Origin: Callorhinchus milii
Lineage: Eukaryota
Reading direction: 5' to 3'
Length of the DNA: 64,000 nucleotides
NCBI RefSeq assembly: GCF_018977255.1
Contig: NW_024704743.1
Coordinates: 72,666,001 to 72,730,000 of the forward strand
A model generated the notes under the pieces. The model was not told the origin of the DNA. It did no database searches and saw nothing but the letters and a program-made list of their open reading frames with translations. This document shows, one piece after another, positions 26,767 to 39,174 of the stretch (positions are counted from its first letter, which is position 1; each line of letters opens with the position of its first letter). The position numbers were made by a program, and so were the translations under genes.

Positions 26767-26935
26767 AGGAAGTGATGTCAGTATGCACACTATGCCCAGG
26801 AAATGCTGCTGAAGTCACTTCCTGCATGCTGTGCATGTGTGCTCGGTGGAGGAAGTGACACTATCATTACTTCCTGCACATTGTGCAAGCACACTTAGTG
26901 AAGGAAGTAATGTCAGTGATGCTTCTTGTGCAGCA
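26767..26935. repeat. Degenerate 52-bp tandem repeat built from palindromes
   Basis: AGGAA(A/G)T...(A/G)CTTC(C/T)T 26-mers start at 26798, 26850 and 26902; a partial unit starts at 26767. Confidence 0.75.
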
Positions 26936-26963
26936 CATAGGACCTATAAAACCATAGCAATTT

Positions 26964-27613
26964 GCAAACCAGATGTTGGGATGTACCAAAGATCAATAGC
27001 AAGTCAAAATAGTGGGGTAATCTTGCCATGTATGATTCATTGATGAGATCATACTTAGAGAATGGTGTACAGTTCTAGTCGCCGCAGTACAAAAAGGATA
27101 TTGGAGAAATCGAGAAGATACAGAGAAGGGCAACCAAAATGATTGAGGGAATGGAGGGACTCGACTATGAAGAGCGACTAAGTAAACTGGGCATGTTCAC
27201 GCTGGAAAGGAGAAGATTCAGAGGAGATATGATTTCTGTCTTTAGGATTCTAATGGGGCAAGACAGTATAGATCATGACGGGCTGTTTCAACTAGTCCAG
27301 AATAGTAGAACCAGAGGGCACTGCCTGTGATTGAAGGGGGTAAATTTAGAGCGAATCTATGCAAACACTATTTCAGTGAGTGAATAGTGAACCTGTGGAA
27401 CAGGCTCCCTAGGGAGACGGTTGAAGCAGGAAGTGTTGATTTTTTCAAGCACAGAATAGATAGTTTTTTTTAGGAAATAACATTATGGGATATAGTACAT
27501 AGGTAGTTTGGGACATATGTGCATGCGACTGCCAGGAAGGTGGAAGGTGAACTAGATGGACCTTGGTCTTTTTTCATCTAGTATTTCTTGCATTCTTATA
27601 TTATGTTCTTATG
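26964..27613 (+). mobile_element. CR1 LINE 3' fragment
   Basis: ANQMLGC, VQF*SPQYKKDIGEIEKIQRRATKMIEGMEGLDYEERLSKLGMFTLERRRFRGDMI, RTRGH; ttcttatattatgttcttatg tail. Confidence 0.93.
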
Positions 27614-27764
27614 TTGACACAGAAGAAGATCATTTAGCTCATCATGTCAGGGCTGGATTTTTGAAATAGCAACCACTCAGCCCCATCTATCTCCCTTTTC
27701 CCTATACTCCTGTTGATCATTCCGCTTCTGACATCTATCTAGTTCCTTCTTGAACCCGAACCTG

Positions 27765-28170
27765 GCTAAATTGGTAGTAATCTCACCTGGAAGTCATAAG
27801 ATTGTGGGTCTGACTAAGTCCCACACAGATTTGAACTCACAGTGTGGGCTAACACTCCAGTACAGCGCTTGGGAAACACATTGTCAGAGTTGTTGTCCTT
27901 TTGGATAAGACATTAAACTGAGGTTCCATCTGCGTGTTCAGATGGAATTTAAAGACCCTACAGCACTATTCAAAAAGAAAGAGGTTTTCTCTTGGTGTCC
28001 TGGCAATCAGGTAAGATTGGTCATTGTGGGTCACTGTTTTGTATAAATTGACTGCTGTTCTATATAAAAAGTGCATGGATTACTTACTGTTATTATGTTA
28101 GAATTTCCTTTGGAAATCGAGCACCTTGGTGCTAAAAAGGCGCTATATAAATGCAATTTGTTGTTGGTGT
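27765..28170 (+). mobile_element. Older DeuSINE-like copy
   Basis: Same head and body motifs as the 5474 copy; ends aaggcgctatataaatgcaatttgttgtt. Confidence 0.7.
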
Positions 28171-29244
28171 TGATTTAAACAGAAAATTGCCTCAGTAATT
28201 TAAATATCTCGGGTCAAGTCCATTATAAGTGGTTGGTGAAAGGACTTTGATGGGCCAAATTGTAGTTTCCCCTTCCTTGTTTTGTAAAGGAAAAAATAAT
28301 GTTAAAGAGTATGAAATTGAATCAAAGTAGATAGCTCCAGTGGAGAGCTATCACCAGCACAGACAGAATGGGCCAAATGGTCTCCTTCTATACTGTAATG
28401 ATTCTATAAATCTTATGTTCTCAATTACTGGTGACACATGAAACATCTTGTAATGGTTGGGCGGAAGCCATGAACCCCTGCTGATGACTGGAGCAAAGAA
28501 CTAACGCAGTAGCCCAAGGGTAATGTTGTATATCAGCATGGAAAAGAGAGGGATGTGTGATGGATGTAAGTAACAATAGTAAAATGTCTTAAATGGGAAG
28601 TTAGCTTGTATGTAGAATATTGAATGAGGAATAAAGACTTAAATGTTTTACGCAACTAAACTGCTTTTACATTGCACTACATTACTATGCCAGAATCACA
28701 GAGTTTAGTCGTAGTACAAAGACAAAACTTCAGTATTATTTTTTAAAATGTCATACTTCTATTAAATCCATGAGAACTAATAACAGATTTAATTTACAAA
28801 TACACCTTTTTTAAAAAAATATTTAATTTACAAATGCAAACAACTTTTTTTTATTTAAAAAAAGCTGCCAAATTACCAATTTACTTGAATCTAAATTATT
28901 GGCAAATTTGGGGTTTGTGGAAGAAAAGGGAATTTTGCAATTACTGCCATTTCCAAGGTGCCATCTTCTTTAAGGTACACCCTAATTTCAGGACACATTT
29001 TAAATGAAAAAAGCTTATGCCTCAGAATTATGCAATAAATTACATGCCATTTACAAATGAAATGTAATATCAGTGACTGTCAAGTCTCATCCACTTCTCG
29101 AGCTGTGAGGTTTTAAAGGAGAAGCTGGGATCTACTGCCACCTGCTGCTATTAAATTGAAATATACAGTACGCTGTTATTGTGTATGTATGCTGTACCTT
29201 TTCAAAAAAAATCTCCTCAGCTCAATTTTCTCACCTCGGCTGAT

Positions 29245-29545
29245 AGAAATTACAGTATAGGAGAGGCCATTGAGTCCATCAAGCCTAAACTGGTGCTGGG
29301 TGGAAGGTCATTAACTGGAGTTCATTACTACTGTTTAGATATCCTAGTTTCCTCTTAAAAAGCTAATACACAACCTGACCACTATATCCAGCATTGCATT
29401 GCCCATAATCCGACTTAATCTCCCCCTCTCCTCCTTTGCTAACTATCTTAAATTGATGCGTTCTAGTCACTGACTCACAAGCCAATTGAAATAATTTCTC
29501 TCCATCTCCTCTAACAAAATCCCTCTGAAGGCTTCTTTCCAGTAT
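29245..29545 (-). mobile_element. Decayed CR1 fragment
   Basis: EKLFQLACESVTRTHQFKI peptide; tagaaattacagtataggagaggccatt terminus. Confidence 0.6.
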
Positions 29546-29779
29546 GAGGGGTAGATTGTGGGTTTCCTGTAACTCAGCCATAATGCTCTGCCAGTTTCCA
29601 TCAGGATTTCCCATTAGTAACTCAGAGTCGCTATTAGTGAATCCCTTTGAATACCACTGCTTTTTTGATGCCAATATTTAACTGGTTTGTATCAGCAGCC
29701 AACTCTTCAAAGCATCATTTGTTTAAAACAAAATACAAAAGCACACTTTTGATATATTTTGAAATTCTATGAGGTTTAC

Positions 29780-29843
29780 CTGGCTTGAAATGTGGTAGAG
29801 ACTCAACTCCGGACCAGGATTCCTCTGTTGGAGTGCCCAGCAC
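29780..29843 (-). CDS. CDK14: CDK14 coding exon, 64 bp
   Basis: tttctatcag|GTG CTG GGC ACT CCA ... AAG CCA G|gtaaac = VLGTPTEESWSGVESLPHFKP; phase 0 to phase 1, in frame with its neighbours. Confidence 0.95.
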
Positions 29844-29884
29844 CTGATAGAAATAAAGATTTTTTAAAAAAATTAAAAACACAT

Positions 29885-30305
29885 TATAAATGATGTTACA
29901 GAACAGAAGCAGGTCCGTCGGCTTAACTAGTCTGCTGCTAGTGAGTTTATACTCCACGTGAGCCTCCACCTCTCCTATTCTCTCCCTTTTCCCTCATGTG
30001 TGCATCAAGTTTCCTCTTAAATATACTAATGCCTTTTGCTTCAACCACAGCTACCAACAAGAGTCCCACTTCTAACCACCCTCTGGATAAAATGAGTTCC
30101 TTCTAAACTTCCTTTCAGATCTGCTATTGGCTAAATTATATTATGCTCCCGTCATTTTGAACTCACCAACAAGTGGAATCAGTGATCAACATCGACCTTA
30201 TCAAATCCTTCCATAATTTTAAAACTCTATCAGATCCCCTTTCAGTCTTCTCCTCTCCAGAGAGAAAAGCTTCAATCTGTCAAATCTTTCTTGATAACTG
30301 TATTC
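29885..30305 (-). mobile_element. Decayed CR1 3' fragment next to the 64-bp exon
   Basis: ttctaaccaccctctggataaaa; cataattttaaaactctatcagatccccttt...ctcctctccagagagaaaag are CR1 ORF2 end motifs on the reverse strand. Confidence 0.72.
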
Positions 30306-30469
30306 TTGTCTTGATAACTCATCAATCAATAGTATTCCCCAGCACACACTTTGTGACACAACATTAACAGAATTTTTGGAACCAAATTTATTCACACATA
30401 TGCTAACTCTGCTGTCATCTGAAACCTGTCAATCTGTCATTCTAGCACTGAAGAAGTTAGAAACAAAAA

Positions 30470-31080
30470 TCACAGAAAACTTACAGCACAGAGGAAAGGC
30501 ATTTGTTCCAATACTACAAGTAGCAGTTCCCCCTATTGGAGACAATCTCCTCTAATTCCGTTCCCTTTACCTTTTAATATTATTGTATCTCAACTGTTTA
30601 TCTTTTTAAATTCTGTTATGGATTTTGATTCCCTGGCCATTCATGATAAATCATTCTGCAGTCTAACAATCCTCTGTATGTAAAACATCTTCCTAACTAC
30701 TTCTTTAATTCTGATAATCGTGTTAGTGACTCAACGATCAATGGAAAAAAACTGTTCTTCACTTAACCTACCAAAACCATTCACAATTTTAAAAATACTA
30801 TTAGATGCCCTCTTGATCTTCTCTACTGTAGTGAACTAGATTGAATTTAAGTCTATTCATGTAACTCTAAGCTTTGTTTGTCATTCATTGTGAATCTCAA
30901 CTGTACCCTCTTCGTTGCTGCAAGTGTCCTTTCTACAGTGAGTTTGGAGCCAATATGTCAACTGCGATCCAACCAATATCTTATGCAAACTTTAACATTA
31001 CCTCCTTGCTTCTGTATTCAAATCTAGAATTCTATTTACCTTTTGATGCTTAAGGAATGACCTGTTCAGTTTCAGCGTAT
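30470..31080 (-). mobile_element. Highly decayed CR1 fragment
   Basis: ccattcacaattttaaaaatactattagatgccctcttgatcttctc and aatctcaactgtaccctcttc resemble CR1 LRGDLIEVFKI and LERVQRRF on the reverse strand. Confidence 0.6.
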
Positions 31081-31839
31081 CACTCACAGCAATGCACTCT
31101 GCACTATGAATTCCTATTCATTTATAGAATAATAGATAGAGTCTATCTATGGTTATCTGCAGCTGTAAAGGGTTTGAGCTCAAATTATTCAGCTTTTTCT
31201 TATATGAGATAAAAAATTCAGTGATTTCAGCTACAGAAGTATTGTTAGGAACCTGACCAGAATATTGTAATAAAGATAAAAGAGCTAAAAATGGAAATAA
31301 ACCAATGTGGCTCTCACCCCAATCTCTTAGTTGAATCGATAACCTTCATACAACGAACAGCAGTTGAAAAATTGTGATGTGAGCTCAAATAACTTTCAAA
31401 CAGAAAGTTTTTTTTCAAATGAATTAAAAATCTCTTTAATTTTTCCCCTTCATATACCATCCACGAGGATGGATTATAGCCATAATGACTAGGCGTTTAT
31501 GGAAAAACACCTATTTACAAAATAATGTAACACAATGAAAAAAGTGCCAATAAGTGCTATACAAATTGTCTTTTAGAAAATGACGTGGAGTAGATGACGA
31601 GATAAAAGCAAAGCATATGTGAATATCCAAGGTCACAAATGGGATTTTTCTTACAGTAACCCATATATTGCTCCTAACCTCAGTTCTGCTGGAAGGAATT
31701 TATTGGCTGTTGGGGAGGCGGGAGGGGGGAGAGCTGCCCCTGAGAGACTCGTAGCCAGGAAACGAACATCATTAGTGGAGATTTTCTGCTGTGGTTTACT
31801 GAGAAATAATAATAATAATAATCCTTGCATGTAATATAG

Positions 31840-32493
31840 TCCCTCACCAGCACCACCTTCTTCCACCTCTGACGCATCGCCCATCTCCACCAATACCTCT
31901 CTACGAAAACTGCTGAAACCCTGGTCCATGCCTTTGTCACCTCTCGGCTGGACCATTCTAACGCCCTCCTCACCGGTCTCCCCTCCACTGCCATCCATAA
32001 AATCCAGATTATTCAAAACTCTGTCGCCCGCATTCTCACCCGCACCAAACTCCGCTCCCCGATTATCCCAGTCCTTGCCAGACTGCACTGGCTGCCTATC
32101 CCAGAGAAGATCGACTTCAAGGTCTTCACCCTTGTCCTCAAATCCCTCCACTCCTCTGCACACCCCCTTATCTCTCTGACCTCCTCTCTCCTCAAAACAG
32201 TGCCTGATGCCTTCATTCCTCTGGGTCTGGCCTCCTCCTTGTCCCAAGTCCTCCGCTCCACCCTCGGCGACCGTGCCTTCAGCCACTATGCCCCGAGGCT
32301 CTGGAACTCCCTTCCTCACTCCCTTCGCCTCACCCCCTCTCTTCCTATTTTCAGGTCTCTGCTGAAGACCTTTTTTTCCGACCGCGCCTTTGATCACCTT
32401 CCTCCCCCTCGCTCGGCCCCGGGATCCGTTACTGTGAAGCGCTCTGAGACGCCATCCGGCGTGGAGGATGCTATATAAATCCACGTTGTTGTT
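31840..32493 (+). mobile_element. L2 LINE 3' fragment, subfamily B, inserted in a SINE
   Basis: [25 protein letters not shown]...LHWLPIPEKIDFK...RAFSHYAPRLWNSLP; (GTT)n tail. Confidence 0.93.
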
Positions 32494-32503
32494 GCCTTAT
32501 CAC

Positions 32504-33396
32504 GCCTATTGAACATCAAGTTTTGGATGAAAGCTAATTTTTCTCAGTTGAACTTCAACAAGACCGAGGCTCTCCTGATTGGCTCCGTCAGCACCTCCTC
32601 ATCTCAGGCGCTGACAGCATCACCATCCATGGATGCACACTCCACCTTGCTAAGCCAGTCCGAGACCTTGGTGTCTTGTTTGACCCTCAACTATCCTTTC
32701 TACCCCACATCTGCGCCATGACTCGCCCTGCCTTCCCCACCTCCACAAGGTCGCCCGGCTCCGCCACTGTCTCACACTGCAGGCCACTGAAACCCTGATA
32801 CACGCTTTCGTTACATCGAGGATGGACTATGCAAACTCCTTGTTTGTCGGCCTCCCCAACTCTTCCCTCAACAGGCTGCAGATCATCCAGAACTCTGCAG
32901 CCTGTGTCCTCTCCTGCACCAGGGTCCATGACCCTATCACTCCCATCCTTGCTCGACTCTACTGGCTTCCCATCACACAGAGGATACAGTTCAAGATCCT
33001 GTTCCTCACCTTCAAAGCCCTCCATGGTCCTGCTCTCTCCTCCCTCTGCGACCTCCTAATCCCCTACCATTCTGCTTGCTCCCTCCGATCAACGGGCTCT
33101 GGCCTGCTTCAAATTCCCCACCTCACTCACCCCACTATTTGCAGGCGGACCTTCTGCCCCTCTGTCCCCACCCTCTGGAATTCCATCCCATAGTCCCTCC
33201 ATCTCGCCCCTCCCTTGCCTCCTACAAGACCCATCTCAAGACCCTCCTCTTCGACTGCGCTTTCGATCTCCCTGCTTCCCCCCCTGCCCTCCATCCTCCC
33301 CGACTCCCAGCTCGGGTCCGAAATTCTGTCTGTCCAGGGTCTTGGGACATTCTCCTGATGTGAAAGGCGCTATACAAATGTAATTTTGTTGTTGTT
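32504..33396 (+). mobile_element. L2 LINE 3' fragment, inserted in the same SINE
   Basis: [52 protein letters not shown]...LYWLPITQRIQFKIL; stem-loop and (TTG)n tail. Confidence 0.93.
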
Positions 33397-34784
33397 TTCT
33401 AGATGTCTCAAAGCACTTCACAGAATATACTGTGAAGTGAATTAACTTTATGTTTTGTGGGTGAAATGTGGCAGCCATTTGCGCATAACTGTGTTCCACA
33501 AACAGTCGTGAATTGAGTGACCAAATTATTATAATTTTTTTATTGAGGGGCCAATAAGGAAATTGCTAAGGAGTAATATTTTGATGTAATATGTATTATT
33601 TGAATTTGAAATGGATGCATTCAAATATTCCTATTTGAAAATAAAAGGCAAACTTAGAGAAATTAGAAAATAATAGAATATATAGATCACTACAGCACAG
33701 AAATAGACAACATAGAAAGTTAAGTAACACACAGCAGAGGCCTGTTCTAAGTGTTCAAAAGTGTCACCATGAACACTGAAAATTTTCTAGCAGAATAACA
33801 ATTGTGTCCAAAATGATCAAGAGCAAAATTCAGTTCCTGACTACTTTAAATATTGTTGGTTAGTTGAATAACTACCTGCAATTTTTCATTAAGATGTATT
33901 TTTCCTTTTTGCTGTTCTTCACTCATACTGCACCATTTCACTGAGAACAAAGACAGGGATCTATTATTAAGTAAACACCACATGTAGAGTAGCGTTGTGG
34001 CCTTTAGAGGGAGCCTGTGCACTATTTAAAAATCCCAAACCTCACGTCCCCTCACTGCTGTCCTGTACAAATGTACGATGTCAGTACCTTAACATTCTGG
34101 TAAGTAAATGTATCAATCTATTATTTCATTGACAGATAATAGGCACAGGGTTACAACCAATCTTAAATGTGGAAAAAGTCCAAATTTGATTTTACTGCAA
34201 TTTATCACTAACCAGTTCCTTTCCCCTCAAGCGTTTTCTTTTTCTTTCACTCCTTTAGCAAACTTATTTTTGGGTTTATTAACAACGACCTGCATTTATA
34301 TTGTGCCCTTCATGCGTGTCTCAGAGGCCTTAACAGTAGTGGAACTTGATCCTGAGCTATGGACAGAGGGAATCTTCCTCTTGTTGAAGAGAAAAGTCAT
34401 GCCTTTCAGGTGTGATCTGAAGACAGGCAATGAGAAGGCAAGGCAGAAGGATTGAAACAGAGTCCCAGAACTCTCGAGATTAAGTATTGGGGAAAGATAC
34501 AATACACATACTTTTCAGTTATGAGAAATCTGATCTTTGTAAAACTTGAAGTGTACAAACATGTGAATGGATTATATAGCTGGTATGTTTTTCTGTTGTG
34601 GGAGTTAATAAAACCACCTTAACTTCAAAAGGTGGAAGATATCTTAATTTAAAGAATGAAGAGCATAAGATCATAAGATCGGTTTGAATGAAAAAGGCCC
34701 TGATCTCAACCCTCCAGAATACACGCACTCCCATCCTCCCATCACAGAACCAATCTGCAGTTTACAAATCTTAATTTTTATAGG

Positions 34785-34895
34785 AACAGGAGGCAATATG
34801 TTGCGGGGCTGGAGGAGAAGCCGTTTGTGGAGATAAAGTGGAGACAGTGAAGGCTGAGGTGAGAGGCAGTGGAGGAGGATATAGTGGTCAACGAT
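34785..34895 (-). mobile_element. Small decayed L2 RT fragment
   Basis: Reverse complement gives VDHYILLHCLS and cacaaacggcttctcctcca, matching [11 protein letters not shown] and cacaaatggcttctcctcca in the 47218 copy. Confidence 0.65.
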
Positions 34896-35280
34896 TAAGA
34901 AATGAGTTATGAAGAACAACATATTAGACTCCATTGTGAGTGCTGATGTCTACAATTGATTATTTGTGTTATGAAAGTTTAACGCAAAGGCTGTAAAATT
35001 TCTATGATAAAATACAAATTGAAACTCTGACATACTATTCTGTTAACTGACTACCAAGCATGTGTAACGGAGAACAGTAGGTGACACAAAAAGAGAGGCA
35101 GCATGAAGGATTTAAAAATAAAACATGTACAGCAGCATTCAATCTTCCTGGTTTCCATCCTGGTTTAGCAATAGTCTTCGACTGCCCTTTAAACAATCAC
35201 CTTCCCTTTCCTCCCAAATGTCTCAAAACTCTCAAAATAATTTTCTGTAAAGTGTAGTGACTGTGTATAATAATACACTA

Positions 35281-35533
35281 GAGACCTGGGTTCGATTCTC
35301 GGCAGGGTGAAACCTTCGGCAAGTTTCCTTACTCCACACGCTTGATAATAATCCCTCAAGAAAAAAAACAATAAATTGGTCACTTCAATCCATGGCTGTT
35401 TGCGCAATTGGCTGCCGCGTTTCGCCCACAAAATATACAATCAATTCACTTTACAGTATATTCTGTGAAGCGCTTTGAGTCATCAAGAAGATGTGAAAAG
35501 TGCTATATTAAATACAAGGATTATTATTATTAT
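35281..35533 (+). mobile_element. 5'-truncated tRNA-derived SINE with internal deletion
   Basis: gagacctgggttcgattc...gcgcaattggctgccgcgtt...aaggattattattatt. Confidence 0.88.
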
Positions 35534-36626
35534 CATCAGTAGAATCATTTTAGTCACCTCTATTAGATGACCTATGTAACTAAGCTAATGGAAACCTTCT
35601 TTGTAGCTTTCAATTATACCACTATAGCAATTAAAAGAACGTGTAAAGTAATTTTTAATTTATGTAGCTTTGTGAGATACTCCGTTACAGCTATCCCATA
35701 TGGTTTCCGTTTATTTTAGGATAAGAAGCAAAGGCGTACTTTCAGGTATATGGATTAGGTTTTGCATCAGTTTTGCACTCAGCATGTTCAAAGGATTGTG
35801 CTACAACACTACAATAGAGAGACAGAATACCAGTGTGTGTTTCAAGAAATCTCTTGATAAAACCTCAAACCAGAAAAATATGTAAGAACAGATCAAATAC
35901 TCTCTTTAAATGGGCACAAGTTTAATGTAAAAATGTTTTTGATGAAGTCCACACACAGGAGAGTGAATGCCTGATATTGAACAAAGGTAGTCAATGTTAG
36001 CCATTTATTCTTAAATCATATTTGAATAATTGTGGAATTGCCACTGAATCGGTTTCTACAGTTCTGCCCATGTATGGAATGTAATATCATGGAGTTACAT
36101 TGGATTGGAATTTCAGCTTAGACAAAGCATCGAGGTGAATATAATCATTATCTGTAAAAAAAACTGGTTTGAAACTCCTTGCTACATAAGTTATTTTAGA
36201 ATTGAATATTTCATCTCCTCCTGATGTGTGCACGGAGATATTTGTTTCGATAGCTTACCCAGGTATATCACTTTTTCATTAGATAGCAGGAGACATCTGT
36301 GATACACTTTTTTTTTTTAAAAATCATCAATCAAAAATCAAAGGTGTTTATTTCCATTTTGAGTTGTTTCATTAAACCTGTGGTAATAGTAAGCTTCCAT
36401 GTCCTTTCACTTCAAGGCCACAACTGCATAAGTGCAATTTGGCACTGCAGTACTTTTCAATGAGGTTATTCTTTACTTTCCTCTTCTATTGCAGCCATGT
36501 GACAAGATAGCAATTTTTCCATCTCAAACTCATTTAAAGATACACTCTAACCATGAAGAAAAATCAGGACCCATATCGCTGATTTTACTTTGTGTTAAAT
36601 TTGCAAGCCGTAGAGTTATGAATTAT

Positions 36627-36954
36627 AATAATAATATAATAATAATCCTTGCATTTGATATAGCGCTTTTCACGTCGGGAGGACGTCCCAAAGCGCTTCA
36701 CAGAACACACTGTAAAGTGAATTGACTGTATATTTGTGGGCGAACGCGGCAGCCAATTGCGCACAGCAATGTCCCACAAACAGTCGTAGATTGAAAATGA
36801 CCAATTTATTATTGTTTTTGGTTTTTTGGAGGGATTATTATTAGGCTCTGTGTGGAGTAAGGAAACTTGCCCAAGGTTTCGCCCTCTGCCTGGAATTGAA
36901 CTCAGGTCTCTCGCTTGTAAAGCGAGTGCTCTAACCACTGAGCTACAGGACTCC
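36627..36954 (-). mobile_element. Young full-length tRNA-derived SINE, short subfamily, with 9-bp TSD
   Basis: Close match to the reverse complement of the 52902 copy; flanked by ATGAATTAT at 36618-36626 and 36955-36963. Confidence 0.93.
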
Positions 36955-37007
36955 ATGAATTATTCATAACTTTTGTTTGTTATTCCAACTTGTAACAACT
37001 TCTGTGC

Positions 37008-37374
37008 AATAATGATAATAAAAATAATCCTTGCATTTGCTATAGCGCCTTATCATGTCTCCGAGACGTCTCAAAGTGCTTCACAGAATATACTGTAAAG
37101 TGAATTGACTCTATATTTTGTGGATGAAACGCAGCAATCAATTGCGCACAGCAGTGTCCCACAAACAGTCGTGGATTGAGTGACCAAATTATTTTTTTGA
37201 AGGAATTATTACCCCGGGAAAAGCGATTCGCTAGTCGACTAACAACAGCATTCCTACTTCCTGCTAAGTAAATAGAGGCATGTGGAGTAAGGAATCTTGG
37301 CCAACATATCACCCTGCCGGGAATCGAACCCGGCAGGCGAGGCGAGTGCTCTAACCACTGAGCTACAGGACTCC
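37008..37374 (-). mobile_element. tRNA-derived SINE, long subfamily
   Basis: Same head, body and tail plus an extra segment of about 60 bp after ACTCCACA. Confidence 0.9.
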
Positions 37375-38184
37375 ATATATACATTTGTTGTGTACACATT
37401 TTAACAGCAAATTCTGCCAGGACCCCAGAGTTCAGCACTATCCTCCCTATCACCACCACAATCCACGGTTGGAACTGTTGGCTTTGGTTCGAAAATGCAT
37501 TCTGACCCAAGATCTAGTGAAGTTGCGTGACAATCCGGGATTTCTATATGGAAAAGCTGTATATCTCAGGAACATTTGCTGATGCCCACATAGCAGTATG
37601 GTCCCCAGCCCTTTAATGTCACTGTTTGACAGAATTCATCCTTTAAGTAGTGGGGTAGCAACACAAAGTAAACACTATGCCACAGCACATTTTACCCCAA
37701 TGGTCAATAACACAAAGCTATGAGATGTGGATTGACTGGTTTACCCCACTAAGCTTCTGGTTTTACATGATTTGTCCTATAGACAAAGGATCATGAAGGA
37801 TGACACATGGAAACTCAGTTTAGAAAAGGGAAGACAATTTAAAAAATGAAAGGTGAAGGAGGATAAATAGTAAAAGATTATTCCTGTTAGTTAGTAAATT
37901 GGTTACCAAGGAGCATAAATTTTGTTTTATGGTTATAAGAATTAAGGAGGATATTGGAATTAAATTTTTCATGCAGAGCTTTACCAGCACCGTCGTTTTC
38001 AACAAAGAACAACACTTGAAAGCAAATTGGATATATATTTGAAGTGGAACAATATAAAAGGGTCCAGAGAAATAGCAGGGAATTGTGTTTAAAATAAATC
38101 ATTGCAATGGAGGAGCTAGCACCAGCAGAGGTTCAATGAAATGAATGGCCTGCTAAACTGTAAGATCTCCAATAGGACTTTTGT

Positions 38185-38559
38185 GTAGTCCTGTAACTCA
38201 GTGGTTAGAGCACTCGCCTCGCAAGCGAGAGACCTGGGTTCAATTCCCAGGCAGGGTGAAACATTGTGCAACTTTCCTTACTCCACACGGCTGTTTATCT
38301 GGCAGTAAGTAAGAAGCCGGTTGTTAGGTGATTGGTAGTTCGCTTTTCCAGGCGTAATAAATAATTCCTTCAAAAAAAAATAATAAACTGGTCACTCAAT
38401 CCGTGACTGTTTGTGGGGCACTGCTGTGCACAATTGGCTGCCGCGGTTCGCCCACAAAATATACAGTCAATTCCCTTTACAGTATAATCTATGAAGCGCT
38501 TTGAGACATCTCGAAGACGTGATAAGGCGCCATATCAAATGCAAGGATTATTATTATTA
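38185..38559 (+). mobile_element. tRNA-derived SINE, long subfamily
   Basis: gtcctgtaactcagtggttagagcactcgcctcgcaagcgag head, extra segment at about 38290-38354, (TTA)n tail. Confidence 0.9.
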
Positions 38560-39174
38560 CTATGATATTACCATCATGGCATACATAGTACATGTGAAAA
38601 ATAACATCTCCAGTATGAAGAAGGGGATATTACCTGTCCCAGATATTTTATTCCTAATTTACTGGTTACCACACACACCATCTATATATTCTAACATTAT
38701 ACTGACATAGGAATCCTATTTTTGGAGACTCCTGTGTTAACAGGCCAATTGTACATGTCCTATTGATGAACTGTGATGATGAAAAAATATGAACAGTAAT
38801 AAATCTATTCAAACGTCAAACTATATTGAACCCAAAGATGTAAAATAAATATGCAAAACTGAGTTTTAAATAAACATTTTTAAAAAGAACCTACGCTCAC
38901 TTTGTTATCCTTTTTTCTTCCAATTCCTGTACTTCCCTATGTTCTCTCATTCATTTTAACATTACTACTATTTACTAGGGACTCCTATAATCTACGCTGA
39001 CATTCCAGTACAGTGATGTGGGCTGGGCTGGATTGTCAGAAGTATCATCCTTTGGATGAGACTTTAAACTCCCCAAATCTGGCACTAAATTCGCAAATTC
39101 ACAGGATGGCTGATGTGAGAAATGGAAACATCACATTGGTGGAGTAAAGAGTAAGACAAGTTTGAGAAATAGCA

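Larger units (their letters stand above)
31804..33550 (-). mobile_element. SINE 3' half split into three pieces (31804-31840, 32494-32504, 33397-33550) by two L2 insertions
   Basis: The pieces rejoin to aataatccttgcatgtaatatagt-gccttatcacg-ttctagatgtctcaaagcacttcacagaatatactg, matching the intact copy at 37023-37095. Confidence 0.8.

Noticed and set aside
26798..26927. CRISPR-like pattern of 26-bp palindromic repeats with 26-bp spacers
   Set aside because: The spacers are homologous to each other, the repeats are degenerate, there are no cas genes and the context is a vertebrate intron; it is a tandem repeat.
29715..29969. 84-aa ORF as a standalone gene
   Set aside because: Only 29780-29843 is the CDK14 exon; the rest is intron and CR1 read-through.
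31651..32484. 277-aa minus-strand ORF
   Set aside because: Antisense shadow of a C-rich L2 copy with no independent protein signature.
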